A DNA stretch of 40,353 nt from a virus. The stretch is from the IMG/VR virus record IMGVR_UViG_3300045185_000022; one strand, written 5' to 3'. The position numbers were made by a program, and so were the translations under genes. The notes beneath the pieces are model-generated. The model worked only from the letters and a program-made list of their open reading frames with translations. It was not told where the DNA came from and did no database searches. Positions 39,897 through 40,353 of this stretch are shown piece after piece; the stretch's first letter is position 1; each line of letters starts with the position of its first letter.

Positions 39897-40353
39897 ATCT
39901 CAAGGCACAGCGCGAGGCCGCTCAGAAGGAGCTCCTCGCCATCAAGAGCAAGATCGACGACGGCACGGTGACGGACGACGACTACACGGCCGTCGACACG
40001 CTCACGAAGACCATCGAGGGGCTCGACGTGAAGATCGCTTCGGCGGCACGCATGGAGCAGTTCCTCGGCGCGAAGGCCCCCGAGCCGGACGCAGGCAAGA
40101 AAGCGCCGGCGTCGCTCGGCGACCACTTCATCGCGGAGTCGGGCGTGAAGTCGGGCCGCGCGCCCGGCCAGCGTGCGACGTTCGCTGCTCCCGAGATCGG
40201 CGTGAAGGCGGCGACAGACACCATCGTGTCGCCCGCCGGCGTGGAGCTTCGGGAGACCGCGACTGACGTCGACCTCACCGTCGTGCAGGCGCCGCGACGT
40301 ACGTCGCTCGCCGACCTGTTCGGCTCCGGCAGCATCTCGGGCAACGCAATCCG
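39893..40353 (+). CDS. Major capsid protein, 5' portion including the N-terminal delta (scaffolding-like) domain; continues at position 128 via the overlap
   Basis: ATGA overlap with the protease; coiled-coil N-terminus MNLKAQREAAQKELLAIKSKIDD; no separate scaffold gene is present. Confidence 0.9.
   Translation, partial: MNLKAQREAAQKELLAIKSKIDDGTVTDDDYTAVDTLTKTIEGLDVKIASAARMEQFLGAKAPEPDAGKKAPASLGDHFIAESGVKSGRAPGQRATFAAPEIGVKAATDTIVSPAGVELRETATDVDLTVVQAPRRTSLADLFGSGSISGNAI
40227..40353. repeat. Terminal overlap copy 2 (identical to 1-127)
   Basis: Same as copy 1. Confidence 0.9.

Larger units (their letters stand above)
1..40353. mobile_element. Complete genome of a temperate high-GC siphovirus / excised prophage, assembled as a circle
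   Basis: Packaging, HK97-type head, long-tail, lysis, attP/integrase, repressor/cro, recombination and replication modules are all present. Ends 1-127 and 40227-40353 are identical, giving a unique length of 40226 bp. Confidence 0.9.

Overview
The window is a complete, circularly closed genome of a temperate, high-GC siphovirus or excised prophage, probably with an Actinomycetota host. The first 127 nt are identical to the last 127 nt. This overlap lies inside the capsid gene and looks like an assembler closure artefact, giving a unique length of 40,226 bp.

Gene order:
- Late operon (+), 33515 through the junction to 15975: small proteins, HNH, a candidate cos region, TerS, HNH, TerL, portal, a P-loop domain fused or nested with an HK97-type prohead protease, the HK97-fold capsid (spans the junction), head-tail connectors, major tail protein, tail chaperones with a -1 frameshift, tape measure, Dit- and Tal-like proteins, an M23 tail lysin, two paralogous fibre proteins with CE4 (NodB)-like C-termini, amidase endolysin and three membrane proteins.
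- Lysogeny region, 16052-19264: a three-gene accessory cassette with twin AT-rich palindromes, then attP (a tRNA 3' fragment flanked by seven TGCCCAC repeats), tyrosine integrase, ImmA-like metalloprotease and XRE repressor, the last three on the minus strand.
- Early operon (+), 19354-32971: cro-like gene, a 324-nt structured leader, ParB-like protein, Xis-like HTH, RusA, YqaJ exonuclease plus a putative annealing protein, HNH, a DnaA-box-like cluster, a wHTH initiator carrying internal iterons, DnaB, SSB, about 17 small ORFs and a Zn-ribbon protein.
- A strong terminator follows, then a roughly 460-nt ORF-free, hairpin-dense region with a tRNA-like element.

I found no rRNA, CRISPR array or transposon.

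All functional calls come from motifs and synteny read by eye. No database search or RNA folding was run, and start codons of small ORFs are provisional.
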